Positions 47,583 to 58,121 of a stretch of DNA of 64,000 bases are shown in pieces. The stretch comes from Octopus sinensis. Lineage: Eukaryota. A program made the position numbers and the translations under genes. The notes below the pieces were generated by a model that did no database searches, was not told the origin of the DNA, and worked only from the letters and a program-made list of their open reading frames with translations. Within the stretch, counting starts at the first letter, position 1; every line of letters begins with the position of its first letter. Location: assembly GCF_006345805.1 (NCBI RefSeq), contig NC_043014.1:28148001-28212000 (forward strand), in the 5' to 3' direction.

Positions 47583-49687
47583 CTTTTTAAATTCTTGATA
47601 AAAGTTGTATAAGTTGTAATGGAAACAAAAAAAAACTAGGTGGCTACTTTCCAATCTTTATTCAGCTAAATGATGCAGTTACAGTTTTGTTTCACGTAGT
47701 TTATTAATGGAATATGTACAGAAGAATTTGATATTGTGTAAGTTTCTTTATACTATGGCTGCCAGACTACTTCCGCTTTTAAGTATGGAAACCCATATCA
47801 TGTACATGCTTTTTCTTATCTGTTGTTCAAGTTACTCATCCACAGTGCTTTTATTTGTCTTTATTTTTATTCACTATAACATCGCCTTCCTACATTCCAA
47901 GCTGTCTATGATTTCATACAGTTCTAAGATTCAGTCAGAAAATTATTCTTTTATAGATGACGCATGGGTTTTAAAAAACAGTTTGCAAAGAAAATGGTAC
48001 ATATAGCCATTGCTACTTTAAGTAAACCAACCAAGCTCTCATCACATTCTGACGATTTTTTCAATCTTTTTTTCACTGTATATACTTGAAAAACATGTTT
48101 TGCTACTTGAAAATCCTACTAGATTAGTTAAAAAACATAAACAGTTCCTTTTTATTTTAAAATAAAACTGATATCTTGCATTAAATAATTTTGTATAAAA
48201 TCTTTATCAACTGTTATGTGCCAGTATGTGATGTCAGCACATTCTTTGAAACCACTAAATTGGTTAATGTGTTTACCCTGGCTTTTCATGCTCTGCATTT
48301 AATCCTCTGTATTCACCAATTGTGTCAAAAATGTCAACTGTGGATTAAAGATTGCTAGAAAGAACTACCATCGTCTGTGTACTATGATTTGTTTCTGTCA
48401 ACTGTTGGTGTTGACAAACTTAGAATTGCAAAATAGTTTAATAGATTTTTGATGTTTTTTGACATTTGCAGTCTTGCTATCCACTTAAGTACTTTTGTGA
48501 ATCTCTGTTACGTAACCCCATAGTCTGTCAACTATGAAGTACCTAAACGTTCAGTTATATCTTTCAAATTTTTGTTTTTGTGCATCAATAACATGTAAAC
48601 TGTTACTCTTAGCCACAATGATGGAGATGAAAATATCTTTTACACTTCAGTATACTTGCATTCAAAGCATCATACACATAAAAGTTAAATTATATCTTGC
48701 AAAACATTCATTACTTCTTTGAATATAGATTTAAAAACATTTAATGAGACATGGCAACCCTGTCTCTACATTATCTAAGTACAATTGCAGCACATAAATA
48801 AATATACAAAAAATTATCATTTCAACTTAATAATAACTAATTGTCCAAACCCTCAAAGTCACTGTAAATCATGTACCTGTAACATAGCCAAAATGAAATC
48901 CTGAATATCAAGGTTTCACTTCAAAGGTAAGTATTTCATCCTTGATATTTCCTGGCCCTCAAAAGACTATAAATTTCCCACAAATTAGACTACTGCCAAC
49001 ATATTGGAGTTGCACCATGGTTAATTACACAAATATTTGAGATAACATTGAAAAAATCACCCAACTGCTTGGCAAATGTTAACTTGCTGATATACAACAG
49101 CCATTTGCATTTTACATCTGTTAAGAGTCTCAGCTACTTTTGAACTAGCAAATCATGGTATCCATATCAATATCTCTGCTTGCTAACTTCTTGTTTGTCC
49201 CATCATTCCTCTTCAGAGCTGTAAACTTCTGTGATTCCTTCTTTGCTCAAATTTTGATTGCAGATACTGACCAATGGAAGTTCAAGCTGAATGCCAATCC
49301 CAATGATCTACCTTATCAAACTTTGAGGCCTAGAAGTGTTTAAAGGACTATTCTACCTTGTTGGAGTGTTAAAGAAAAAACAACAAAGCTTGTTTACTAA
49401 TGTGGAGAACAGCTATGCAGCAGATGTAAATGACTTGTGTAAAGTTGTGGAGAATAACAGCTTTGGTAAACTGATGAAATACAGTTTCAGCCAGGTCTAG
49501 GGTTGGGTTACAGATATTTGTCATGCAATAGTTAGTTGATCAAACTGAGATATGTTTCTTATTTTACTATCTTGTCTGAGACATGTAATTGAAAGCTTCA
49601 GTTTTACAGCAGTAAAGCAAGGCGAAGTATACTAGGTCAGTGTACAACAGTGTTCCTTCCTTGTGAGTTATTAAATGCAAGCAAATA

Positions 49688-50075
49688 TCAGGTCATCCCA
49701 TAAGTTCTGTCCGAATTTTGAATAAAGAAAACAAGTGATCAAATGTTATATTTAATTGAAATTTAATCATCAATGTACTTTCACTGATTATCTATGACTT
49801 ATTTCAATCTATTTACAAGCTTTTTAATCCCATCAATGTAAAACTCTTTTGGTTTCAAAGCGAAGAACTCTGAAATGTCAGCTTTGACCTCCTGGTTTGT
49901 GAAAGTTATGTCACCCAAATGATTCTGTAAACTATGAAACAAATGGTAGTCTGAAGGAGCAAGGTTGGGAGAATAAGGTGGATGAGGAATTTTTTTCCAA
50001 CCAAGCTCTTCGATCTTCTGTGATGTGATTTTTGCAGTGTTGGGTTGTGCATTGTCCTGATGAAACATCGCTCCT
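49688..50075 (-). mobile_element. mariner (DD34D) transposon 3' remnant with TIR
   Basis: FHQDNAQP..HPPYSPNLAPSDYHLF..FYIDGIKKL; the end ta-tcaggtcatcccataagttc is TA-flanked. Confidence 0.9.
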
Positions 50076-51017
50076 TTTTAATTCATTTCCACCATGGAAA
50101 GAAATGTTTTGAGGTGAAAAAATGCGTTTCAATGATGGGAAACACGTTCTCTCAGATAGTGCTATTGTGAAATATTTTATCAAAGGCTTACCACAAGAGA
50201 TCGTGAGAGAAACGAAATCAGAATTTTGAAAGAAATATCTTTAATTGAAGAAAAATATGATAGGAGAGAAAAAGAATAAAATCTCTTACTTTTTCCTCTC
50301 TATTACAGCACCTTTTCTACCTAGTATAATATGTATGTATATATATATATATGGTTTTGTCATGTTCTTGAGATGAAAATATGTAATTCAATTTAATGGG
50401 AAACAATGGTGAAATCAAGTAAGTGTTAATAAATTCTTGGTTTTCTTTTAATTTATTTAATCTTTTTTATGCATATAAAATTTTATTTTAATAGAATGGC
50501 AAAAGCATGGGAAAAAAATGTAATTTTGGGGTGAAAAATTTGATAAAAAGGCAGTAAATATGGTTTCTTTACTTTTTGTGTTATAAGAAAAAGGAAAAAG
50601 ATTTTACAGAATGGCATAAGAGAAAAAGAAACACCCACCCCACAAAATATGGATGAAAAATAATGAAAAAGTAAAAAACAAAAGATTCATCATAATTGTT
50701 GAAAATTACAATGAAGGGGTGGAGTGTGTGTGTGGGGGGGTAATTATTTTTTTGTAAATGTGAATTAAGAATGTATCAAAGTTGAATGCTATAAAGTGCA
50801 AAAAAAAAAAAAATCGAAGCTGTTATTGCTAAGGCACAATGGCATGACACTGTGAGATTTGGGTGGAAGAAGGCAGGATGTCGAGACATTTGGAAGACAG
50901 ATTTTGCAAAGAGTATTTTTTTAAAGAATTATTTACAAGTGTTTTGTAATGTGTGATATTATAAAATGTTGAAGCATCTTGAAAAAAAAAAAATGAAGAA
51001 ATTCCATTTTATTTGTG

Positions 51018-51398
51018 ACAACTATTCAGAAACTTCTCTGGTGCTTCTTCATTTCCTAAGCCCCATGAAAATAAAACTTTGCCTCATTGAAAGAAATTTT
51101 AATTGAATACTTCTAATTTATTTGATGGAGTCTCTGTAACCATTTGATCTGCTAAAATCACAACTAAATCTACCTATAATCCACTCAACTTAGCACATAA
51201 ACAAAACAACTATTCAGAAACTTCTCTGGTGCTTCTTCATTTCCTAAGCCCCATGAAAATAAAACTTTGCCTCATTGGAAAGAAAATTTTAATTGAATAA
51301 CTTCTAATTTATTTTGATGGAGTCTCTGTAACCATTTGATCTGCTAGAAATCACAACTAAATCTACCTATAAATACACTCAACTTAGCACAAAACAAA
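51018..51398. repeat. ~188-bp tandem duplication (2 copies)
   Basis: acaactattcagaaacttctctggtgc starts at 51018 and 51206; the copies differ mainly by small indels. Confidence 0.95.
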
Positions 51399-51574
51399 AT
51401 ACAGGCATTCTCTGTGTTACGGCTACCTCAGCTGACAAGATTTCATGCTTATGGAAATTGTAAAGTATGACCAATAATTTTGGGATAGAGTTGGTAATTC
51501 ACAAAAACTTCATGATAGTCTTCCAGTGTAATGACGAACAAGAATAAAATGAAAAAAAAAGGCATCAGATGGGC

Positions 51575-52371
51575 AATGCATACCCTGCACGCAGATAAAT
51601 TTTTCTGTAAATTATAGTTTGGCTTACAATGCGTTGCTTACCCATGCTTTTTAATTGAACTGAATTTTTTTTTCTTTCAAGTATCACCATTATAGGTATT
51701 TATACACCAGTGAAATTAAGAAATCAACTCATAAATAAAAAAAATCCTCGAATCCATCAGTGTACACATAAACACAGTCACATATCGATGTATGTATTTA
51801 TGTATGTACGCACATGTCTACATGCACAGGTACTCCATGATCTATATGCAAGCAGACAAGGGTTGATTCATATGAAAAAGAAAGTGAACAAAATAATATG
51901 ACCACTTGCTTATCGGGAAATTCATAGGTTTGATTTTAAAAAGATTCTTTTTTCTAAGTATCATCATACTTGTACTCCGGTGAAATTAAGAAACCAAGTA
52001 ATAAGTAAACAAAACCCTCGAATCCATCACTGTACATATGCAGTCGCACATCTATGAATGTATACATGTATCTACCCGCATAGGTACAACATGATCTATA
52101 CATATGCAGATGAGGGTCAATTCATATGGAAAAGAAAGTGAACAAAATAATATGGCCACTTGCTTATCAGGAAATTTGTAAGTTCGATTAAAATTTTTTT
52201 GTTTATTTTCTAAGATAATCAAACCAAATGTTCATCATTTTGAGCTACTCACCCAATGTGTATTTCTGCCAAAATGTGAAAATCTGTTCAGCCATTTTCC
52301 AGTAATTTTGCAAACACACAAAGACAAGCAGTTACAATACCCTGCTTTCACTTATTCATACAGGGTAATAA
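51575..52371 (+). mobile_element. Helentron/HINE-like non-autonomous element with two ~270-bp internal tandem units
   Basis: 5' ataccctgc (51580); 3' stem-loop taccctg..cagggta-ataa (52338-52371); core aaatctgttcagccatttt..ttgcaaacacaca; gtgaaattaagaaa at 51710 and 51980. Confidence 0.55.
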
Positions 52372-52489
52372 CAAATTTTAAATATCTGAAAATAAAATTA
52401 ACAAAAGTGAAGTATAAAAATGTTAATCTATTGTGTATGGAGTGCTTAAAATTGAAATAAAGCTTTAGGCAAGGATATAAAACCTGTTT

Positions 52490-54305
52490 GCAGTATCAAA
52501 ATTTGCTTCAAGATTAGTGTTGGATGAGTCTGAGTTCTCATCCTTATACCTTTTGTATTTTTTGAGATTATTTCTTTCACTTATTCAGAGATTTTTTTTT
52601 TTTTTTTGTAGCCTGTTCTGCAATATAGTATGGTTTCAAAATCAAATGAAATGCATTATCACAAGAAATAAAAAGAGATTCAAATTCACTACCAGGAACC
52701 AACAAATTTGATAAGAATTGAGGGTTTTTTGGGTCATGGATTTCAAGAAATAAATTGCAAAGAAATGTTCCAGAAATTATGAAAAGAAGTGACTTGTTTG
52801 CAGAAAGGTCCTGAAGCAGTTGATTCAAATGTGGGCACAATAATGCAATGTAACTTGTAATTCTTTCCAATTCACATACTTTTCTCATTTCCAGCAGAGC
52901 TTTGAAGAAATACTTTGTTTCTCTGTTTTATCCTTTGAAATTTTTACCCAGATATATATATTGCATAGAACCAAAACTGTCACCATAGCTTTATGAATTT
53001 CATGGTTAGCATTCTTCACCCAATACACAATGGTAATAGCAACTATTTTTAACTCTTCAGGAAATTCTTTTAAAAACTCCAAGTCTGAACCTAAGGTTAA
53101 CAATATAATGTGTTTGATATCAAGAGTGGCTGATAAAATGTCACTCAGTGATGGGAGAGGCCCAAAGTCTGGAATGGTAAAAACTGGATTAACTTTTTTC
53201 TTTTTATAGTTACAACCAACTCTGTCATATTCTTCAATAAATGATTCCTTTCTTGATTCTTTATCAACATTATCAAAAAGTAAAATACCATAAATAACTT
53301 GTCTGATACAAGTGGATAGCTCATATGTTCAATCTGACTCGTTAGAATGATTCACTGTAAGTGTACTGAATTAAGAAATGATACAGAAAGTCTACATCTT
53401 TTTAATCAGTGAATGAACCATTCTGGTAGAATACAGTTGTGACAAAAATTCTTGAAACCTGGTGATTTAAAAACTAACTTGTCTGTTTCAAAATATTCTT
53501 TCATATCAAAAGAAGATTCTATACTAATATAACTACTAACTGATTTACTCATTAATGTTTACAATTCTTTCCTCTTTGCAATTTTGAAAAAGTTCAAAAT
53601 AGCTTCTTCAAGGGAACTTTGATGATGGAGCCAATATTAAAGTGATAGGAACTTTTCTCTCAATCAATAATTTTTGGACCAAAATTATTTGGGGCTTTCA
53701 TTTTATTGCAAAAAAGATATTTATCAAACATACCTTTGGAACTAATACTATCATTTCCACTAAGTTTTTAAAAAAAAAGTGGCAGTAAACTTTTATTGTT
53801 TGGGAAACAAATCAATGAAATTTTTGCTGAAATAAATTTGACATTCCAAAAACTTGTACAGAACTTACATCAGTGAATGATATGGCATTGTAATTCACAC
53901 ATTATAAATCCTCCAGTTACATCATAAATGTAAAAATCACTCTCATTGCTAAGCACTGGACAATTCCATTGGTTAGCCAAAAGCATGATCTGACTATCTG
54001 ATTCAAAATCTCCTGCAACACAAGGAATGCCAAGATCTTTTACAACATTGAGAAATGTTTGAGAAGTTAGAGCCCATGTCACATTTCCAGATCCTCTTTG
54101 TGCCAAAGCCTGGGATGTATGTATGAGCTCTAGAGAGGCAAGTATCTAATTTTCAACTATCACTTTTATAATCACCATCAAATACAAGATAAGATGAGAT
54201 ATTGTTAGATTCAAAGGTCTTAAAATACATTTTGATTTTAGAAACAAATCAATAATAATCTCCACCACATCAGTAAGGTACTTTATGATGATTATATAGG
54301 TATAG
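52490..54305 (-). pseudogene. ASTE1: Asteroid homolog 1 (XPG/PIN-family nuclease-like) pseudogene, intronless, 5'-truncated
   Basis: Colinear motifs GGDY, YLVFDG, FESDSQIMLLANQWNCPVLSNESDFYIYD, KSLLPLF..SGND, IRQVIYGILL, FPEELKIVAITIVYW, HLNQLL, ISGTFL. In-frame stops at 54272-70, 54251-49, 54155-53 and 53872-70, plus several frameshifts. Confidence 0.85.
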
Positions 54306-54577
54306 CTCACCCTAAGTCGGTAATTGGTTCCAAGAGACTTAAGTTGATTTGCTTGTCTATAGGCTAGGCCTGGCCTAGCCTAGCCTAAACTGCTAACAGC
54401 CATTCCCTAGTGCTATATTTTATTTATGAATGCATTTTCAATAAGACATGGTTAATAAAAACCTACTATTTTAAGTTTACAAACAAATGTATTTACTATT
54501 TTGTATTACAGTAAAAATAATAAAATAAGTATTTTAAATTTACCAATACATAAAATTTGGTTATGTAAACATAACTA

Positions 54578-54933
54578 ATAGCTTGCTTACCAACCACATG
54601 GTTCCGGGTTCAGTCCCACTGTGTGGCACCTTGGGCAAGTGTCTTCTACTATAGCCTTGGGCCAACCAAAGCCTTGTGAGTGGATTTGGTAGATGGAAAC
54701 TGAAAGAAGTCCATCGTATATATGTATATATATATATGTATGTGTGTCTGTGTCCTCCCAACATCGCTTAACAACTGATGCTGGTGTGTTTACGTCCCCG
54801 TAACTTAGTGTTTGGACAGAATAAGTACTAGGCTTACAAAGAATAAGTCCTGGGATTGATTTGCTCGACTAAAGGTGGTGCTCCAGCATGGCCACAGTCA
54901 AATGACTGAAACAAGTAAAAGAATAAAAGAAAA
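54578..54933 (+). mobile_element. tRNA-derived SINE family C
   Basis: gcttgcttaccaaccacatggttccgggttcagtcccactg...gactgaaacaagtaaaagaataaaaga. Confidence 0.9.
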
Positions 54934-55344
54934 AGTTTTTCAATAATGTACAATTTGGTAAAGGCAGAAACCATGAGTAATTGTTAGAATTCAATGGGAA
55001 TCAGTTATTAAATGTTAGTGTTTCTAACAGTAACTGGCAAAAACAATTCGATTATAGGATAACCATAAAGGAATAGATATGGAGCTGTCACGTCAATTTA
55101 CATCCCAATAGAATTGTGTATTTGTATGATGATAAGACATGATTTTGTCACAGATTACCTGGATACTACATAACTACCATTCTTTTTTTAATCTAGCTAA
55201 CAAGGGAAGGTTAGCAAAAGGCTACATAAAAAACTCACTGTGATGAATAAAAGATTAATTTCAACACTCAGCATTGAAGTATGATAATAACTTATAAGAA
55301 TAAGTTCAGTATAAGACTTGAGTAAAAAGTGTTATTTCAAATTT

Positions 55345-55692
55345 AGAGCTGAGTATTTTTTCACCCGAAGTGGATGCTCAGATACTGTTGTCTTGACCAT
55401 GGGATTGCACCTAGAAAGTTGCCCTCTGAGGTACAAGTCCAGGCAAGGTTTTTATGGAAGACCAGCAGTCGCTCATGCATATCAGCCTCACCTCACCACA
55501 CCACTAATGTTATCCAAGGGAAAGGCAAAGGCTGATACAACTTGGCACCAGTGATGTTGCAACTCATTTCTAGAGCTGAGTGAACTGGAGCAACGTGAAA
55601 TAAAGTGTCTTGCTCAAGAACACATGCAGCCCGGTCCGGGAATCGAACTCACAACCTCACGATCGTAAGCTCGACACTCTAACCATGCACCT
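55345..55692 (-). mobile_element. tRNA-derived SINE (family D-related head, different body)
   Basis: Minus strand: gagttcgattcccgg (B box), tgtgttcttgagcaagacactttatttcacgttgctccag (core shared with 47028). Confidence 0.85.
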
Positions 55693-57032
55693 TCAATATA
55701 CTGCAGTTTATAATATAGAATATTACTAGCAGGACCCGTGAATATTTCATGGAATTAATGGTAAACCTACTGGGTTATTTCTGAAAACTTTATTCATTGA
55801 AAAGTGAAAGAAATTGAAATACGATAATGCACAATTTTATAGACTTACACACAGCTCCCATAAAATAAATATTCACTCTTATTTTCCCCATAAACAAAAA
55901 AAAAAAAAACCATCCTATACATACAATACAACCTTTTGTTAAATTGCATATATCTGCCACATGAATATGAATATTTCACAGAATTGCACTTATGTGCATG
56001 TGTTAAGTGATAGGTATTATACAAAACTTAGTTTAGTTAAAAAATATATATTTTTCACTATCCAATCACTACCACCACCACCTCTCTCTCCCTCAACTCT
56101 ATCAGCCTTTCTTTAACCTCACTATCAGAACATCACCCCTCTATTAAATTATGCTTTTAACTTTTCTACTCTACCTTCAAGTTTTTTAACCACATAATAT
56201 TGTGCTCCCTCCCTCTCTCCTTTTTCAACTAATCATGTAAAAGTGTTACAATTACATTCCCTCTACCTCACGCCATGGACGCTTCTCTCTCCCTCTTTTT
56301 TCTCTAATCACATGAGCGCATTACCTATGGGCTAAGTAATGCAGTGACAAGCAGAATTATTATAAGATATTACAAGTGTATTGCATTACAGATTCTAGGC
56401 CTCACCCTCACTGAGGAGCTTTCATGAACACAGTCCTCTGCTTAGCAATGACCACATGAAGGACTGGCCTTCCTCTTCCGAATTATAAAGTATTTTAACT
56501 TCCAACAAATACTCACTTAATGGAAAATTCACTTTGCTCTAGTTACCAATTTTATCTCTTCACACACACACTATTAATAATCAAAGTAGGTTATCATTTC
56601 ATCATTGAAGGATGTTTTCTTAGTCTCAATGTAGGAAATAATTGTAGAGTAGGAAATTAGGTGTCCAGTGGATCTGAATGCTCGAAAACCATATTGGTGG
56701 TTTATTAAAGTTGATGAGAGGCGTTTTTGCTTCTTGATGACACTAGCTATGAATGTTTACTCATAGTTTACCCAGACTGAATAAACCTATGATCAAAAGC
56801 GTGTTCACCATGACTATTCCATCTGTTTCTCTTGCTTTGCTTATCCAAGTTCACGTTTGGCAATGTATCCCCAGTGATCCCTGCATATTATGGGCATAAA
56901 ATACAAGCAGAATCCAAAATGATAATACAATTACAAATGTCATTAAACAGTGGAAACTTTTAGAATTAAGTGGGGTTAGGGGATGGTTTAAGATATAAAA
57001 AAAAAATTTTTATTGCATAATAGTATTAATTC

Positions 57033-57322
57033 TGTGGGATGATGTCAGCAGCTGGACGTCAGCAGCCGGGTGCGTTGACCGGAAGCGGGGCAAGCGGAAG
57101 GGGTCAGCTGTCAGGCGTGCGCAGGGAGCGGAAATCGCCTTTTCCAACGTGGGTCGTGTAGGTGACAAGACGTGCGAGGACGTCGCTAAGGGTTTGGGCT
57201 AGCAGCTGCTATCGTTAGTGTTCAGGTCTGGGCTGTGAGGAAGGACTAGTCATCTCTGGAGGGTCTCTGTCACTACGAAGAGAAGGTAGGTGCCTCTATA
57301 TTCAAATCGCGCACTCATTACA
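57033..57322 (+). repeat. 5' LTR (290 bp)
   Basis: tgtggga...cattaca; carries a 14-bp tandem duplication absent from the 3' LTR. Confidence 0.96.
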
Positions 57323-57367
57323 AGCTATTTTGGCCGTTCTTAAGCATTCACATTTTTTTTCAACACG

Positions 57368-58121
57368 ATGTCTGCAAAAATTAGGATCGCCAGTGACGTC
57401 GTCAGACCTTTTAACGGCGAAGGCGGTGTAGTGGCCTGGATTCGCAAAATCAGGCTGGTAGCGAGACTGCAGGGCATAAGCGACGTGGCGAGTCTTATGG
57501 CGCTGTATTTGAAAGGGAGCGCGTTGTCGCTCTACCTAGAGATGGATGAAGAGGAACGGCTCAGCGATGAGAATATAGAGCGACGCATACACGGAATGCG
57601 AGTACACAGCTTTCGCTAAGCTAGGTGCAATCAGGTGGACGGGAGGCCAAGTGGACGACTTTGCATCAGAAGCTAGAAGGCTAGCGACTCTGGCCGGGTT
57701 TGCCGGAGAAGGACTGGAGAGAGCAGCCCGACTGGCGTTCGTGAATGGGTTCCCTGACGATGTAGGGATTCACCTACAACGACTGCCCGGGGTTAAAAAG
57801 ATGCCATTGAGCGAACTTGTAGCTCAGGCTCACGCGTTGACGAGACACTCTGGGCGGAAGGCGATAGCGATGGCGGTGACGGAGGCGCGTAAAGACGGAC
57901 GACGTCCCGAGAAAGAGGTACAGAAGCTCACCGTGCAACAAGAGCAGCCGTTCTCGGGATGGTGTTTTAGATGCCAGGGACCACACATGGCGCGGGACTG
58001 TACGCAGCCGGGGCCCGTTTGCTATCAATGCAGGCAGACAGGGCACATTGCCCGTGATTGCGGCCAGGGAAACGACCGCGGGGAAGTTGCTGCCTCTCGA
58101 ACTTTCCCCTCAAATGAGTAG
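57368..58121 (+). pseudogene. gag: gag, split by a frameshift near 57585 (83-aa and 156-aa ORFs of the track)
   Basis: RPFNGEGGVVAWIRK..YLKGSAL; the +1 frame continues AYTECEYTAFAKL..WTGGQVDDF; CFRCQGPHMARDC and CYQCRQTGHIARDC knuckles. Confidence 0.9.

Noticed and set aside
49230-49500. Coding-looking plus-strand frames (DTDQWKFKLNANP; LEVFKGLFYLVGVLKKK...)
   Set aside because: Frames are discontinuous, splice signals are weak and I recognise no homology.
54578-54660. tRNA genes at SINE heads (also 15757, 47028, 55690, 63476)
   Set aside because: Only A/B-box remnants followed by SINE bodies and tails; no complete cloverleaf.
55726-55760. Helitron-like 5' end (actagcaggacccg)
   Set aside because: No matching 3' hairpin-CTRR end was identified.
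56405-56450. Second hammerhead candidate (CTGAGGA)
   Set aside because: No stem II closure or GAAA box follows.
58115-58121. A-to-I editing rescue of the pol-frame TGA (to TGG)
   Set aside because: The target A has a disfavoured 5' G. A CpG transition explains the stop more simply, and gag and protease are independently broken.
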